Shown here one piece after another: positions 13,655-27,644 of a DNA stretch of 64,000 nt. Made by a program: the position numbers and the translations under genes. The notes beneath the pieces are model-generated. The model worked only from the letters and a program-made list of their open reading frames with translations, was not told where the DNA came from and did not search any database. Within the stretch, counting starts at the first letter, position 1, and each line of letters starts with the position of its first letter. Origin of the DNA: Lama glama (taxonomy: Eukaryota); NCBI GenBank assembly GCA_028534125.1, contig CM052818.1, positions 44,766,001 to 44,830,000 on the forward strand, given 5' to 3'.

Positions 13655-14405
13655 AGTAACTCTTTTTTCCCCTCTACCCCTATCTTGCCCCTCCCTCTCC
13701 CCCTCTTTCCACCAGTATCACTAATTTGTTCTCTGTATCTGTGAGTCTGCTTCCTTTTTGTTTTATCCATTAGTCTGTTGTATTTTTTTAGATTCCACAA
13801 TATTTGTCTTTCTCCATCTCACTTATTTCACTTAGCATAGTGCCCTCTAAGTCAATCTGTGTTGCTGCAAATGGCAAAAATTTACTCTCTTTTATGGCTG
13901 GGTAGTACTATACTGTATATAAATATACATATATATATACCCCACATCTTTGTCCATTCATCTGTTGATGGACACAACTTGCTTCCACACGTTGGCAATT
14001 GTAAATAATGCTGCTATAAACATTGGGATCCTTGTATCTTTTCAAATTAGTGTTTTTATTTTTTTCAGATATATACTCAGGAGTGGAATTATTGGGTGAT
14101 ATGGTAGTTCTATTTTTAGCTTTTTAAGTAACCCCCGCATACTGTTTTCCACAGCTGCTGTACCAATTTACATTCCCACCAACGGTATACTATGGTTCCC
14201 TTTTCCCCACATCGTCACTGACGTTTGTTATTTGTCTTCTTTTTGATGATGGCCATTCTGACAGGTGTGAGGCGATATCTCACTGTGGTTTTGATTTGCA
14301 TTTCACTGACAACTAGAGATGTTGAGTGTCTTTTCATGTGCCTGTGGGCCATCTGCATTTCTTCTTTGGAACTATGTCTATTCAGTTCTTCTGCCCATTT
14401 TTTAA
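13655..14405 (-). mobile_element. L1 fragment (ORF2 C-terminal region and 3' UTR)
   Basis: Minus-strand translation [53 protein letters not shown] matches L1 ORF2. Confidence 0.9.
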
Positions 14406-15119
14406 TCGTGGAAACAATCTTTTTGATCTCAGGCAAGTCATTAACCTCTCTGTTTTCTGTTTCCTCCCCCTGAGATAAGGTTTTACTAAAGCATCCCCAA
14501 GACCTCTTTCTGTGCCTAAGGTTCTATGACCCAGGCTACCACATACAAAAAACTAATGGGGAATGGTCTTGCTGCCACCGTTTCTCCGCAGCCATCTTTT
14601 ACACATGCCTGTTCTATTTCCAGTTTTCATTTGAGGATATGTCATTAGAGCCGCTGTGAAATAGTCATGGACTGCAGATGTCATCTCCAGCAGAATCCAA
14701 AATCTTAATTTGTTTCCCAAGTTATTCTATTCTACTGTTCATCATCCAGCCATCCTTCCATGACTATTCTCTGAGTGCCTGGCATGTCTCCCAAATCTCC
14801 AGTTCTGCCATCTCCGCTTACTCTCAGCAGATGACCTTGGCTTCACAGAGCATGAACCCCCTCAGCTTCCTGCTAGAAATACCTTATAAGCTTACCTGCC
14901 CCTGTCCTTACACTTGCCTCCGTCACCATGGAGGCGGAGTCCTCGTCTTGCCCCCAGTTTCCCTTCCACTGGCTCTCTGCATCGCAACCCCGTCAGCATC
15001 CTCAGGGTCCTCCCCTTTCTCCATCATAGCATCAACCTTTCCCTTTCCACTAGCGCCTTCTCATCAACATTAAAAAATTTAAGCCTCCTCCATCTTAAAA
15101 AAAAATAAAGGGGGGTGAT

Positions 15120-15245
15120 GGAGAGGAAGGAAGCAAAGTAGGAAAGAAAGAATAAAAGAAAGAGAAAGAAGGATGGAAGGAAGGAAGGAAAGAAGGAAGG
15201 GAGGAAGGAAGGAAAGGAAAGGAGGGAGGGAAGAAAGAGAGAAAA
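15120..15245. repeat. GGAA/GAAA purine-rich simple repeat
   Basis: Visible degenerate (GGAA)n run. Confidence 0.9.
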
Positions 15246-16107
15246 CATCTTTTCTTTGAAGCTCTAAGGCACTCATAGTCCAAATCTACCTTCTATTTCC
15301 CTTGCTACTCCCTCTCAGTTACCTTTGTTGCTGATTAGTTTAAAACAAAAGCAAAACCACTTACTGTAAACAACTGTGACAGTCTCTGCCAGCCCTCTCA
15401 CTGTGGCTGCCCTCTGGCTCTAACCCCTGGCCCTGCGCCACCTTACCCTTACTCCTGCCCCTTGAACAAATCTCACCTATGCCTGAACTTCAAGTACTGG
15501 CCTGGACTTCAAGCCATCTGGGGTCCAAGCCTTCCCTTAAACTTAACCAGCCCTCAAGCTCTGTCCCTTCTGCATCTATATTGACTCTGTCTCTTCTCCC
15601 CACTTTCACCACCACTACCGCCCAGTTCGAGCCATCATCAGCTGTCCTTTAGTTGATTGACAGCCTCCTAAGCATCCTCCTTGCCTCCCACTGGACTCAT
15701 CCTGTTGCTGAAGGTCTAAGAATGTCTAAATTGGAGTAGAAGGTATATGGAGAAAGTTGTAACATCTAGCGAATGCTAGGTTATAGTGGTGACCATTGGA
15801 TTTGTTTCACGTCCTCAGTCCTGAAACACAGCATTAGAAAAGCTAACTTGGCTTTGATTTACCTAGGGTATCAGCACTTGGAGATGGGGTGGGGGTCTGT
15901 TTCCTTGTCTGGAAAAGAAGGGGTTAGGCTAGACTAGTCCTTGCAGAATACACCCAAATTCTCAGAGTTTCTGATTCTGTAGGGTCTGAGGTAGGGCCAG
16001 AAAATTTGCATTCCTAACAAGCTCCCAGGTGGTGGCAATGCTGAGGTCCACACACCACACTTAGAATCTTGCCAGACTAGAGGATAGCCACACTTTAGTA
16101 TCTCTAC

Positions 16108-16290
16108 CTGTGCTATCCAATATGGTAGCCAGTAGTTACCTGGCTACTAAAATTTAAATTAAATTAAGTTAAATTAAATTTCAGTTCCTGAGACACAAAA
16201 GCCACACTTCATGTGCTCAACAGTCACATGTGGCTAATGGCTACCATATTGGGCAGCACAAAACATTTCTGCCATCACAGAAATCCCCAT
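16108..16290. mobile_element. MER3/MER33-like hAT element
   Basis: TGTGCTATCCAATATGGTAGCCA...GTGCTCAACAGTCACATGTGGCTAATGGCTACCATATTGGGCAGCACA. A related copy lies at about 43620-43825. Confidence 0.65.
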
Positions 16291-18229
16291 GGGACGTGGC
16301 CATCTCCTCACAGACTTCGGGGGAGGAAATTTTACCATAAAAGGAAGGTAGACTATCCCTTGGCAGGTAAGGCAGAATTAGTCAGGCACACACGGGCACT
16401 GGGCCTATCCTGTTTTTCCCTAGTACCATTTTGTCCCAAGGAAAAAACACAAAAACAGGGCTAGAAAGGAAAATACCAGAATGTCCGTGCTGGGAACTGT
16501 GTCTGTGCACCACAGTGGGACATGGTGGACAAAGCAAAGGATTTGGTGGCTAAAGTCCTGCGTTTCGGCCACCTAAGGATGTGGTCTTGAGCAAGTCATT
16601 TAACCTCTCTGATCCTCTGTATCCTCATCTGTATTCTAGAAATATCTATCACATAGGGAGGTGTGTGAAAAAGCACCTGTCGTTTATATTAAATTCGGTA
16701 TTTTTCCTCCTTCCCTGTGCTCCCATAGGGTGTCTTACATATTCTGACTTAGTATTTATGTGCTCTGGGTTGTGTGGGGCCCGCTGGACCATAAGGTAAG
16801 GCCTCCCTCTGACTTAGTTCACTCCTCAGCATCTCCTCTTCTGCCAGGCACAGGCTCAAAAATGTGCCAATGATCAAGTCTCAGGGTAAAGCCAAGTCAC
16901 AGGTAAGTGTCTGGAGGGGTCACGGCCCTGACTCTAGACAGCTGTGTTCAGCTCTGCTTTCAGCCTTCAGTGCCCCCCACCCCATCCCAAACCACCCCAC
17001 CTGCAGTCACAGACCCCACCTCTGACTGTAGGAAATCTAGTCACCCTTCAAGAATCTACCCAGGGATCTGCATAGCAAATTAATCAGCTGTGAGGTCGGA
17101 TCCTGTCTCTGCCTAGCCAGTACCTTTGGTAATTTTTGTAAATCTTACTCCTCTTCATTTTGCTTATCTGTAAATTGGGCAGAAAAGGACTCATCTTTCA
17201 ATTTTAATGTAAGATTTACATAAGAAAATTTGTACAAAACATTTAGCAGAATGCTAAACATACAGCAAACGCTAGATTTATGTGGGGTTTTTGGAATTAA
17301 AAATAGCCATTTCTGGTCTCCAGAGCTTGCCTTCTCGGGGACTCTGGTTGGGAAAGGTGTCATTTAAACACTCTGGGAAATTCTCTTGTGCAACAAAATC
17401 CAATCTTCTGGAGACTTCCCCTAGGTTATCCTTTATTTCACGTCATTCTAAATATTTAGCAAACATTTATGGGGCACTTACTATTTGCCAGGAACTGTGC
17501 TAGACGCCAGAGATATAAAGATTAAGGAATGCCTCTGACCTCAAGAAGTTTACAGTCTAGTGGGCATCCACCTTCTTCTGGGAGCCTTCCCTGCCCCACC
17601 TCGGGCCGCCTAGAAGCCCCTGGTTCTAACTATCACAGCTCAGTTGCTGCCTTCCACTCTTTACTTACCACGTGGTATCGCTTTTTTATATCAAACGTGC
17701 TATTCTCGGTTCTAAGTAGTCTACATTCATTCATTCATTCATTCAATCCTCACAACGACCTTATGAGGCAAGTACTGGCATTGATCCCATTTAACAGATG
17801 AGGAAACTGAAGCACAGAGCGATTAAGTAGCTTGCTTAAGTTCTGGTAAACTTCCAAGTAGTGGGAGCCAGGATCTGAAAACACACATTCTGGCTCCCGC
17901 TTTAAATGTTCCGTTGATTTATCTGTCTTTTCCACCGGAATTTGAGGTTGAGTCCGTGCCAAATTCAAACGAGTATCTCCTGTCCCCGCCATGATATCTA
18001 ACACAATAGGGAATCAATAATTTATTCCTCATATGAAAAGAGGAAGGGGAAAAAGGGAAAGAAAGAAAGATACAGAGAAGTAAAAAATTTCACGAAGGTT
18101 TGGTTACCAGTATTTACTAAGCATCAACACTGGGCAAGTACCTGAGATGGGCCGAGGGGGCTCAAGAGTAAATTAACATCCCTGCAGGCTCAGAATTTTC
18201 AGTTATTAGTGTCGTTAGTGTCAAGAATT

Positions 18230-19000
18230 CCGAGGCGACTATTGCGTTGTCCGGGCTGCCTCTTTTCTCTCGCCCCGTTCCCTGTGCCTGGAATTCTGCT
18301 CCACGTCTTCCTTTTCCTTCGCCATCCTCTCCGTTAATTCCGTCCCCGGGATTTCCGGAGCTCCGGCCTCCAGGAGGCGACCAGTACGTGGGAGCGCGCC
18401 GGCCGCCGCGGGCATGCGCACTGGGGGCGGCGCACTGCGCATGCGGGAAGATGGCGGGCCTGGCGTCCTGAGGTCCGCGGGTCACCTAGCTCGCCTCCCG
18501 CCTGCGTTCTTGCTCCCGGGGTCGTGGGGGCAGCGGCGCGTCCCTCTGCAGGCCGGCCTAGCCAGGCGGCGCCTCCGATCAGGCCAGGGACCCGGTTCGT
18601 GCTTGGCCCCCGGGACCCGGTGTGCTGGGGGCGGCGCCCGACCCGAGCGGGAGAAGGCGGGAGAGCTCGCGGGGTGCGAGGGCGAGGGGCGGCCGGCTGG
18701 GCAGCATGAGTCAGCAGCGGCCGGCGCGGAAGCTGCCCAGCCTGCTCGTGGACCCGGCGGAGGAGACGGTTCGCCGCCGGTGCCGGGACCCCATCAACGT
18801 GGAGGGGCTGCTGGTAAGCCCCGGGGACGGCGTGTGTTCCAGCGCGGGGCCGTCGGGTGGGGGTGGAGGTGGAGGTACCCGGCCCGCGGAGAGGCTGGAC
18901 TGGCAGTCGCCTCGGTCGTGACCTCCCCGGGGCTGGGCCCGGGGCTGCTCCTCGGCCTCCCCGGCTTTCGCACTGCCCCATCACGTCCTGTGAACCAGAC
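18230..19000 (+). promoter_or_regulatory. E2F6: E2F6 CpG-island promoter and 5' UTR
   Basis: CpG island over exon 1. NRF1-type GCATGCGCA (18412-18420) and TGCGCATGCG (18436-18445), E2F-type GCGGGAA (18443-18449), YY1-type AAGATGGCGG (18448-18457), ETS-type ATTTCCGG (18351-18358). Confidence 0.85.
18706..18813 (+). CDS. E2F6: E2F6 coding exon 1
   Basis: MSQQRPARKLPSLLVDPAEETVRRRCRDPINVEGLL is the E2F6 N-terminus; donor CTG|GTAAGC. Confidence 0.97.
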
Positions 19001-20829
19001 CGGCCACCTGCTTAAACTCTTCTCCCTTCAGCATCTGCTTGCAAATATGTTGTCAGCCTCCCTGGCTTTTACCGCGGCTACGGAGCAGTGTAGGAGAAAA
19101 TTTCTCAACTTTGCCTGAGATAATCATGCTTTTCCATTTCTCACTATCTCTGCAAGCTGTTTCTCAGTTGTTCTCTTCAGCCTCCTCTCCCGCTCTCCTA
19201 CTTCAGCCACTTAAAACTTGTCCACACCTCACATTTCCCACCCAGAGCCTCCCCGTTCAGCAAATTATCTTCCATCCTGTTTGACAGAGAAAATGAAAGA
19301 GAGTTTGGACTCCCTGCAAAAAGGTTAATTTTGTCTGTTGTTCTGGACTAGATGCAGTAGATTTTCCTTAATCCTCAGGACCCTCGATGAACCATCATTT
19401 TCCATTCTCCCGACATTATCAATTTCTCTGCTGGTTTCTTCTGATTACTAGTAACTAAACATTTCCTGGAGTTAGTGTGCCCAGACACCAAGAAGACTCG
19501 GTGCTCAAAAATAGTTTATGAACATTATCTCCTTTAGTTCTGCAGGGCAGTCCTAAGGGTTTATTCTTGTTTTATAATTACCAAAATAGACTTGGAGATG
19601 TTAAGTGGCTTCCGTGTATTTAGCTAGTAAGTAGAAAAGCCTGGATTTAACCTCACAGGATCTGACTCCGGATGGTAAATTCTCGACTACTTAAACCACA
19701 TCCTGAATCCTTTTGCATCTTGAAAGATCCCTCCCTTAATTCCTTCCGTATGCCCTCCCATCTGTGGTATCGCTCCCCCTTCACAGCCAAACTTTTTGAA
19801 AAAATTGTTTGCACTCCTGGGTCTACTTGCTCTCCTGTCGTTACCACTTTGCCTTGCTGTCGGGGGAGGGGCCTCTGCCCCAAGCAGAGCTCTAAGACTT
19901 CCTACCAAGGTCACCAACAAGCTTGTCACTTCCAGTGGATGTTTCACTATGTATCTTCTGTAGCTTTGACATGATTGACCGCTCACTTTTGTTTGGAAAC
20001 TCTCACCATGGAATAGCTCCTTGGACACCTAATCTCGGCTCTCCATCTGCTCATCTGGCTTCTTTTGTTCTCCTTCGCAGACTCCTCTTCCTTTTCCCTT
20101 TCCTTCCATGTTGATGTTACTCAGATCTTCTGCCTTCTTCACAGTTCCTTCACGTGAGATGTCATGCACCACTGTCATGACTTCTCTTACTGTTTATATT
20201 GATGGTCTTAATCTTTGAGAACATGCTAAAAGTTCTAAACTCTTACTATGGAAAAAACTACTTAATTTTGTATTTAATATTAGAAGATACATACAGCCCT
20301 TGAAGTCTTGGAAATTCTCACCCACTCTGGTAGTTTTGGTTACCATGTCATAGTAAGTCCCAAACCTATAAATCCAGCTCATAGCTTTCTGTCTACTGGG
20401 AGATCTCTACTTAGATTTCAAACTCATATATCCAAAATCGAATTCATTATCTTCTTGCCTAAGCAAGCAACAGCTTGCTGTCTCCTGCTGTAAATGGCAC
20501 CACACCCACCACATTGCCCAAGCTAGTGTCCTGGGCATCACCCTTGCATTTTCTCTTTCAAACTGACCCTCTCCATCTCTCTGTCTAGTTAAAGTTAATC
20601 ACCAGTACTTGCCACTTTTAGCCACAGTCTGTGTTTTGGATTGTTGCAGTGTGTTCTTAACCAGTTTTCCTGATACTTGGCTTGCCCCCGAGTTTTTATA
20701 TTTGCCACAGAGTGACTAACCGTAATCATCTTTTTAAAGCGTATTTCTCGCAATTTGAGTCTCACAATAACAGATTTTATGCTCAGAGAATAGGATAAGA
20801 ATTCAAGCTCCTCAGGTGTAATTCTTTAA

Positions 20830-21940
20830 GTACAGCCTTTCAAGTATGGTTCCTCCAGATCTTTAGGTCTGTAAGACTAAAAAGACAAGTTATCTGACCC
20901 CCCACACACACACCCAGCACGCAGCTACAGCATACGCTAGTGGGGAAGACACAGGGTAACTGCTGTAGACAGTCCTGTTCATAAAGAGGAAATGGGAGGC
21001 ACCGAGGAGTACCTGGCCCAGAGCAGTTCTGAAATCCAGCCTGGTGAGGGTGAGAAATTTCTTAATTAGGTCTCAAGGCTTGGAAACAGTTCTCCATGCT
21101 CCCACGTCTCCCCCTGGGCTCTTGGCGCCACCATCTGAGTCTGTCTTTTTCATGAAAGGTGATATCTATTCATAGGTGAGTGCTTTTTTCAGCCTGTCAG
21201 CAGAATTTGGGGTGTCCAATGGCCTCTTCTCTGTTTGAACTGTCTTTGTCCCTTTTAGTCCAAGCTGGCAGTGGTTTTGCTGATATAATTCTCTCAAAAA
21301 CTACTGTTAAGCTTGTGGTTCACTCACTAGATGGAAGTCCCACCCATAGATTTCTTCAAGATCAACTCTTCTCTACCCTGGACTTCTGCTGGGGTAGCCG
21401 AGGGACAGTGCCTGCAGCTCCCTGTGGCCCTGTCATTAGAGCAAGAGATCTGCGAGGTCCATTCTTACTCTCCTTCTGGGGCCTTTTGTGTGACTGAGTA
21501 GTTCTCCAAGGGACCATTTTGATCCCTGAGGGCTCCAGCAAAAACTGTAGTCACACCCACACCTTCATCTTTAGGTTATGGTGTCTGCCTTTGATTTGGT
21601 CTTTCTGAGAAGTCATTTCTTAATTTTTAGCTTCTTGAGAGGCTGAGAATTTTTAAAGCCACTAAATCCTGGCTTCCTTTTGTTCAGCAGTTCTTTCCTC
21701 AGTCTCCCTCATCTTGCATGATGAGCTGCAAGGGCGGTGAGTGCTGCCTGGAAATCTCCTTGGTAGGATTACCCTGTTCATTAGCATCAACTTTCCTCAG
21801 AACTGCAGTTGATACTGTTGCTAAGTGCTCTGTCTTAGCATAACAAGGATCCCCCTTCTTCAAGTTTCTGTAAGTTCCCCTGTCCTTTTGAACCCTTACT
21901 GGCAGTGTCCTTGAAGTCCAGATTTCTTCTGACAGACTTT
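20830..21940. mobile_element. old LTR-retroelement (ERVL-MaLR-like) fragment in intron 1
   Basis: AAGACAAGTTATCTG..CAGAGCAGTTCTGAAATCCAGCCTGG.. resembles MaLR internal sequence. The family assignment is uncertain. Confidence 0.4.
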
Positions 21941-21959
21941 TTCAAGACTGCTTAGTCTT

Positions 21960-22159
21960 TTTTTTTTTTTTCCGTTTTTTGTACATGTATTTTATTGAAG
22001 TGTAGTCGGTTTACAATGTGTCAGTTTCTGGTGTATAGCACAATGCTTCAGTCATGTGTGAACATACATGTATTCGTTTTCATATTCTTTTTCATTAGAA
22101 GTTACTGCAAGATATTGAATATAGTTCCTTGTGCTATACAGTTATGAACTTGTTGCTTA
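21960..22159 (-). mobile_element. short L1 3'-end insertion with 18-bp TSD
   Basis: Poly-T followed by L1 3' UTR. Perfect TSD TCAAGACTGCTTAGTCTT at 21942-21959 and 22160-22177. Confidence 0.85.
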
Positions 22160-25100
22160 TCAAGACTGCTTAGTCTTGAACAGACTTTTTGGTAGTTATA
22201 TTGTGGTTGTGTCAGAGACTGTCCTTGAGATAAACACTGAATTATTTAGGGGTCTGCAGTTTACACTCAGATGATTCAGAGGAAAAAAAAAAAGCACGTG
22301 TGTATAGAGAAAAAGATGATAAAGCAAACGCAAAACATTAACATTTGAGGGGTTTGGGTGAAGGGTATGTGGTAATTGTTGGTACTGTTTCTGCACCTTT
22401 TCTGAAGGCTGAGATTATTTCAAAATTTTAAAAATAATGGATGTCCCTGAAAGGGTTCACACAATCAGTCTCCCATTGGGGGTCATCGTTCCTCACCTGG
22501 AGTGGGGGCCCCTCTTCTCACCTCCTCTCTGTGCCCTTGGAGGGAGAGCCTCATTGTCTCCCTCCAGCGCCAGGTACCCGGTTCTGTTCTGGCGGGCCAT
22601 GTGCAGGGGTGGCATTTCATTTACTTTTTTTTTTTTGATAGCTTGCTAACTTTTGTATGAGGAAGCATTTATTCTGATTTTAAACCACTTCAAAAGGGAG
22701 GTCCTGTCTAGTCCCGTTTACTCCCCGAAAAGCTCACCTGTTGAATGTGACTCACCAAAGTCAGAGAAGCTGGAAGGGCTTGCCAGGATTGTCAGACTGA
22801 CTCTATCCAGATGGCGAATTTAGAAAACAGGCAGTGAGGCTTCATGGTCTCTCAGTGATCCTTATTAATGTTCCCAGGAGGGTGTCTTCCCCCGTCCCTG
22901 TGTCTGTAAACACTCATTGTTATTTGTCAGTTGAAGTCATCTTCGATGAGGTCCTATTTCAGTCTCTGTTCATTAGTTTAACAAATATTTACCAAGTGCC
23001 TGAATGTGCCAGGCACTGTTCCGGTTCAAGAAGGAAAACAATAATAAGTAGTCTCTTGTGCTTTCATAGGATTTTTACAGTTTACAAAATCTGTCATTTA
23101 ATCTTTGCAATAGCTTGGAAAATGGGCAGTAAAAAGTTATATTCCTACACTGTGTTGCAGATACGGGCTGGGATCTCCCAGCATTTAAGAAGTCCTAGTA
23201 GTCCTGAACCCAGTCTCTAGTCAAGAACAATTCTGAATATAAATGAGATGAATGTGTCATTGCTGTAAGCACTTTGGAAATCTCCAGGATTGTAGATCTG
23301 TAGGATTCAGATGATGTTCCTTTGGCATGTCTGCCCCGAAGGGCGTGACACTGTTATGATTCCTCCAAGATAAAGGGATAGTGTTTTTATATTCAAAGGG
23401 GAAAAAAATGAATGGATGCTGTTGGAATCTGTTCTCCCACAGATCTCAGTATAGCCAATATGTAGTTTATAGCAAAGAATGTGGGGGAAAGGAAGTCATA
23501 CTTTCTCATGTTACTGTGCCTGACTGAGGTCTTATTATCCTTGTGCCAAGCTGAATAGCAATGGTCTAGATAAGAGACCAGAGGGAGGAGTATTGAGCAG
23601 GAAAAGCTGCCCTTCTAGAGTATGTGGAGAGCAGGTAGGGAGGCAGCCTGTTTGGAAACAGCTGAGTACTGTGAGTGTAGAACTTGGCCCTGCTACTAAG
23701 AACAGAAGCCTGTTTACAGTAAAGCGCCGCGGGCTCTGCTCTGTTAACCCTGTCTGTGTGCGTTGTCAGGACTGCACTGACGTGATGGCGGAATTTACTT
23801 TAACATTGTAGTAATTAAAATAGTATGTTGCAGATACATAAGTAACAGATCATGGACCGAATAGAAAACTCATGAACCAACCATAATATGTGTATCATTT
23901 AGGGTATTTGTTTGTGTGTTCCAAACCAATGTGATGAGGGTGGATTTTTTGTCATTTGAGAGTCTTGAGACAGTATTTCAACTCTGTCTCATACTGTGTT
24001 AGCAGAAGGGTTGAATGTAAAAGTAGCTGTGACAGTTGGTCATACTGGTCTGATGTTTGACTTTAATAGGACTGCCCTTCAGTGGCTGACTGTTGGATAC
24101 TGTATTTGCAAGTCACCGTGGTCAGCCCTGTGCAAGAGAGAGCCAGGCAGAGCCCCTGCCCCCAAGACGGGCATTCTCAACTGGGGTTTTGCACCCAGCA
24201 GGCCTATATGTTGCTTTAAATTCTAACAACTCAGTTCACTTCACAGTGGAGCTCTGCTTCAGGGGAATGGTTCCCTATCAGGTTAACTCGCTGACAGGTG
24301 CTGTCATCTTGTCATAGATGATAAACGAATCCTTGTGTCAAGGATTTGTGTCACTGAAAAGCAAGGAGAGGCTCACCTCGGCTTCAGGCTTCCCCATCCT
24401 CCAGTCTCTTTGTCACATTGCTAACACACTTAGATCTCTAACCCACGAGCCTGAGTTCGTCATTCTCTTGTTCAGAAATCTGTGGTGGTTCTGCTCTGGT
24501 TACAGCCTAAAGTTCAGACTCCTTAGCGTTCCTTTCACGGTCTTCCGCGTTGGCAAGGTGCTAGCCTGCCCTTCAGCCTCAGTATCAAGTCGGTTTCGCA
24601 CTGGCTGCTCAGGCGGGTTCTCAAAAGGTGCCAGGCTATTTCTGTTTTCACATCTTTGTTTATTTCACTTGCTGCCCCAGGAGCCCTGTTTTTTTTCCTT
24701 CCCACCCCCCCAGGCTCCCACAGGTTGGGGCAAAATCTGGCTTGTCTTTCAAGGCTCAGCTAGGGATCCCCTTCCCTGTGAACCCCTTTGATTTCCTCGC
24801 TGGGCACATCCGTGGTACTGCTGATTCTTCTCTCAGGTGCCTTATGGCGTTCACATTCCCACTTCTGCGGCCAGTTTGGGGCCAGTTTTTTCACTTACAT
24901 AAGAACTAAACCTGCACGGGGCTTGTCTGGAGGAGCATGGCATCATTATCCTTTGTTCTAAGCACGAGGCTAATACGGGTTTCTGTTTACACGGCTTCAT
25001 CTAAAGATTTTATTGTTTGCAAAAACAATTTCTAAAAGTATTGCAGATGTTACTACCAGTTTATATAAACTTTCCTAGCCTCGAAATAACTGGTGAAATG

Positions 25101-25758
25101 GTGAGCGTTGATAGTGGAGCTACTACTAATTTTCCTGGTTGTCTGAAGGATTTAAGAGAGATTTTTAATTAATCTAATACCAAAGTTCCTAGTTACATAG
25201 TGTGCGTTATTTTCTATTATTAAAAATGCTGTTTTTACATTAATTATCACGGGAATGCAAGGCTGCCTGTGAAAGTTTATGAGCACATTTCTTGGAACCA
25301 CTTACACTTAATTAGCAAGGGGTGACCATTTGTTAGTTTAGATGTATCTTAGACTTCTGCGCTTCCCAGAGTCAGGGACAGTGTCCTGATCGTCTTTGTA
25401 TTTTTATCCTCAGTACCTGATGCCATCAGTAAATTAGTGTCTGTTAGTAATAAATTCTCATATTCACATTCCCCTATTCCTTTCTCCCCCACCCCTGTTT
25501 CTTTAACTACTGTTCTGTACTTACGGAGGACCATGCAGTATTAGAAATTCAAATCTGTGAACCTTGTCAGATGTGATTACAGTTAGCGTAAGTATTAGAA
25601 GAAGAACTGGTTTTCTTACACCCAAATTATCATCCCAGGGTGAGAAAAAAACCCTTTATTATTATCCAGTAAAATGCTGTTTGTTTGCATTTTTTTGCCT
25701 TTTGCTGTTCATTTGCATTTTAAATTACTAATTAATTTCTGTATCTTCTTTTTTTCAG

Positions 25759-25813
25759 CCATCAAAAATAAGGATTAATTTAGAAGATAATGTACAATAT
25801 GTGTCCATGAGAA
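25759..25813 (+). CDS. E2F6: E2F6 coding exon 2 (55 nt)
   Basis: Acceptor TTTTTTTCAG|, translation PSKIRINLEDNVQYVSMR, donor |GTAAGT; keeps frame with exons 1 and 3. Confidence 0.96.
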
Positions 25814-27457
25814 GTAAGTTGATTCCTGAATAGGTTTTAGGTTTTGTAGTTTGAACTTCATGTGATTTTAAATGATTTACTTTAAATGTACATAAGTTGG
25901 TAAGTAACTTAAATAAAATATTATTTGTACACTGAAATGTAAAGCTTGAAATTTCAGCAAAAACTCCTGGGGTTGTGGGCTGTTAACATGCACAAATGCC
26001 AGTTTATTCTCTGTTGCTTTGGAAGTGGCGCTTTTGGAGTGGACTGGTCTGTGTTGGCGGATGTTTCCCAGAATTCTGTGAGAGCGCGTGTTGCCGTCAG
26101 CAGGGCTGAAGGCCCTCTCGGGCAGCAAGCATGAGGATGCTCTTCTGCCCTCCTGGTTTCCTTTGATTTTTCCTTCTACTCCTGCCGTGGATCGGTGTTC
26201 AGAGCCCGTTACAGGAAATGGAATGTTAGTTGCTCTAGTTCCTTATCTTTCTGGAAATTGTCCCGATAAATGGCCCCACCCCAATTTCCTCTTAATGTGC
26301 TCCTAATCTCAGTGGGTAGACGGTGCATAGACGCCCACTGCACATCTTAACATGAGCCTTCACTTCTCTGCCCCGCCACAGCCCCACCCATATCTGGCCC
26401 CGACGTTTGGTCAGTTTTACTCTGAAAGCGTTTCCTTCGTCTGCCTCGTACCACCCACTCGCAGTCACGTCTGATGTTTATTGAGCTCGTTCAGGGCTTG
26501 GCCTTGTGTTAGGCTCTTTGCATGGATTATCACAACCTTCAAATACAGTATGGATTATTAGTCCTGTTTTATAGATAAGCCTTAGTTTTAGGTTCAGAGA
26601 GGTTAAGTAACTTGCTCCATCAGAATTCAGCCCCGAGCCTCCAACTTCAGCCCACAGCCTCACCCACATGTTTGGCTCCTGCCTCGGGCAGGCTTGCCCC
26701 CTCCCAGACAGAAGAGATCGCAGAGCCAGGCACCCCTCACCTCTTAATTCTGCTGCCAGTGTAGTTTCTCTAACACAGAAGGGCGGTGATGACATCACTC
26801 AACCTAGAAGTCTTCAGTGATGCTCTGTTATATATAGGAAAAATCCTGACTCATTTGTTTGGTTTTATTTGTTTATATTAAATTCATAACCCACTTCATA
26901 TCCTTAAAAGAAACAAGGCAAGAGAGAATGGACAGACAGAAGGACGAGGCCCTTGAGGGCTGTTTCTTGCTTCACTTTGCAGCCTTCCCCCCCCCCAGGC
27001 CGTCTGCACCCTCCCCATTACTAACGCTGCACACGCTGTGGGAGCCCTGAATACACTGTGTCCTCGCGGGCTGCTCTATTGTTTCCTCTCCTCGCTCAGC
27101 CCCTCGTCCCCGTGAGTGCTCGAGAACCCCTCCCTGTCTAGTCTTTCTGTGCTCTGTTCCCGGCCACGCTCGCTAGGGGACCTTCCCTGTTTCCACTGTC
27201 ATGAGCTTTATCTTCGCATGTAACTTCGCATGTAACTCTCTCACACTCGTCTCTGGGCTTTGCGTAGGGTTCCTGCTAAACTATTGAATGTGGAGTTCCT
27301 TTAGTTTGAAGACTGTTTTATTCATGTTTTTATCCCTTCAGCAACTGTCATGTTATAGGTGTTCAGTTTATATCTGTTCTTTATAAAATGACTAACACAG
27401 GAATATGCTTATCCTGAACTTATAGGACCATGCCTTGTTAGTAATTTAGTGTAATTA

Positions 27458-27644
27458 TAGTTGATCTTTGAACAACATGAGTTTAAACTGCAGTCCACTT
27501 ATATGCGGATTTTTCAGTGGTAAACACTGCAGTACGAAGCAGTCCAGGGCTGGTTGAGTCCGCAGATTTGGAGGAACCGCAGGTGCAGGGGCTACTGTGA
27601 ATCACACACAGGGTAACTCGTGCGTTGTTCAGGGCTCACTTGTA
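27458..27644. mobile_element. Tigger2/MER2-like MITE
   Basis: TAGTTGATCTTTGAACAACATGAGTTTAAACTGC..GTCCACTTATATGCGGATTTT..GCGTTGTTCAGGGCTCACT with terminal inverted repeats. Confidence 0.7.

Noticed and set aside
18334..19118. 216-aa and 234-aa ORFs over the E2F6 promoter
   Set aside because: GC-island artefacts; the real coding part is 18706-18813 in another frame.
18814..25758. Stop-containing alternative exon known from E2F6 splice variants
   Set aside because: I could not locate it reliably from sequence alone.
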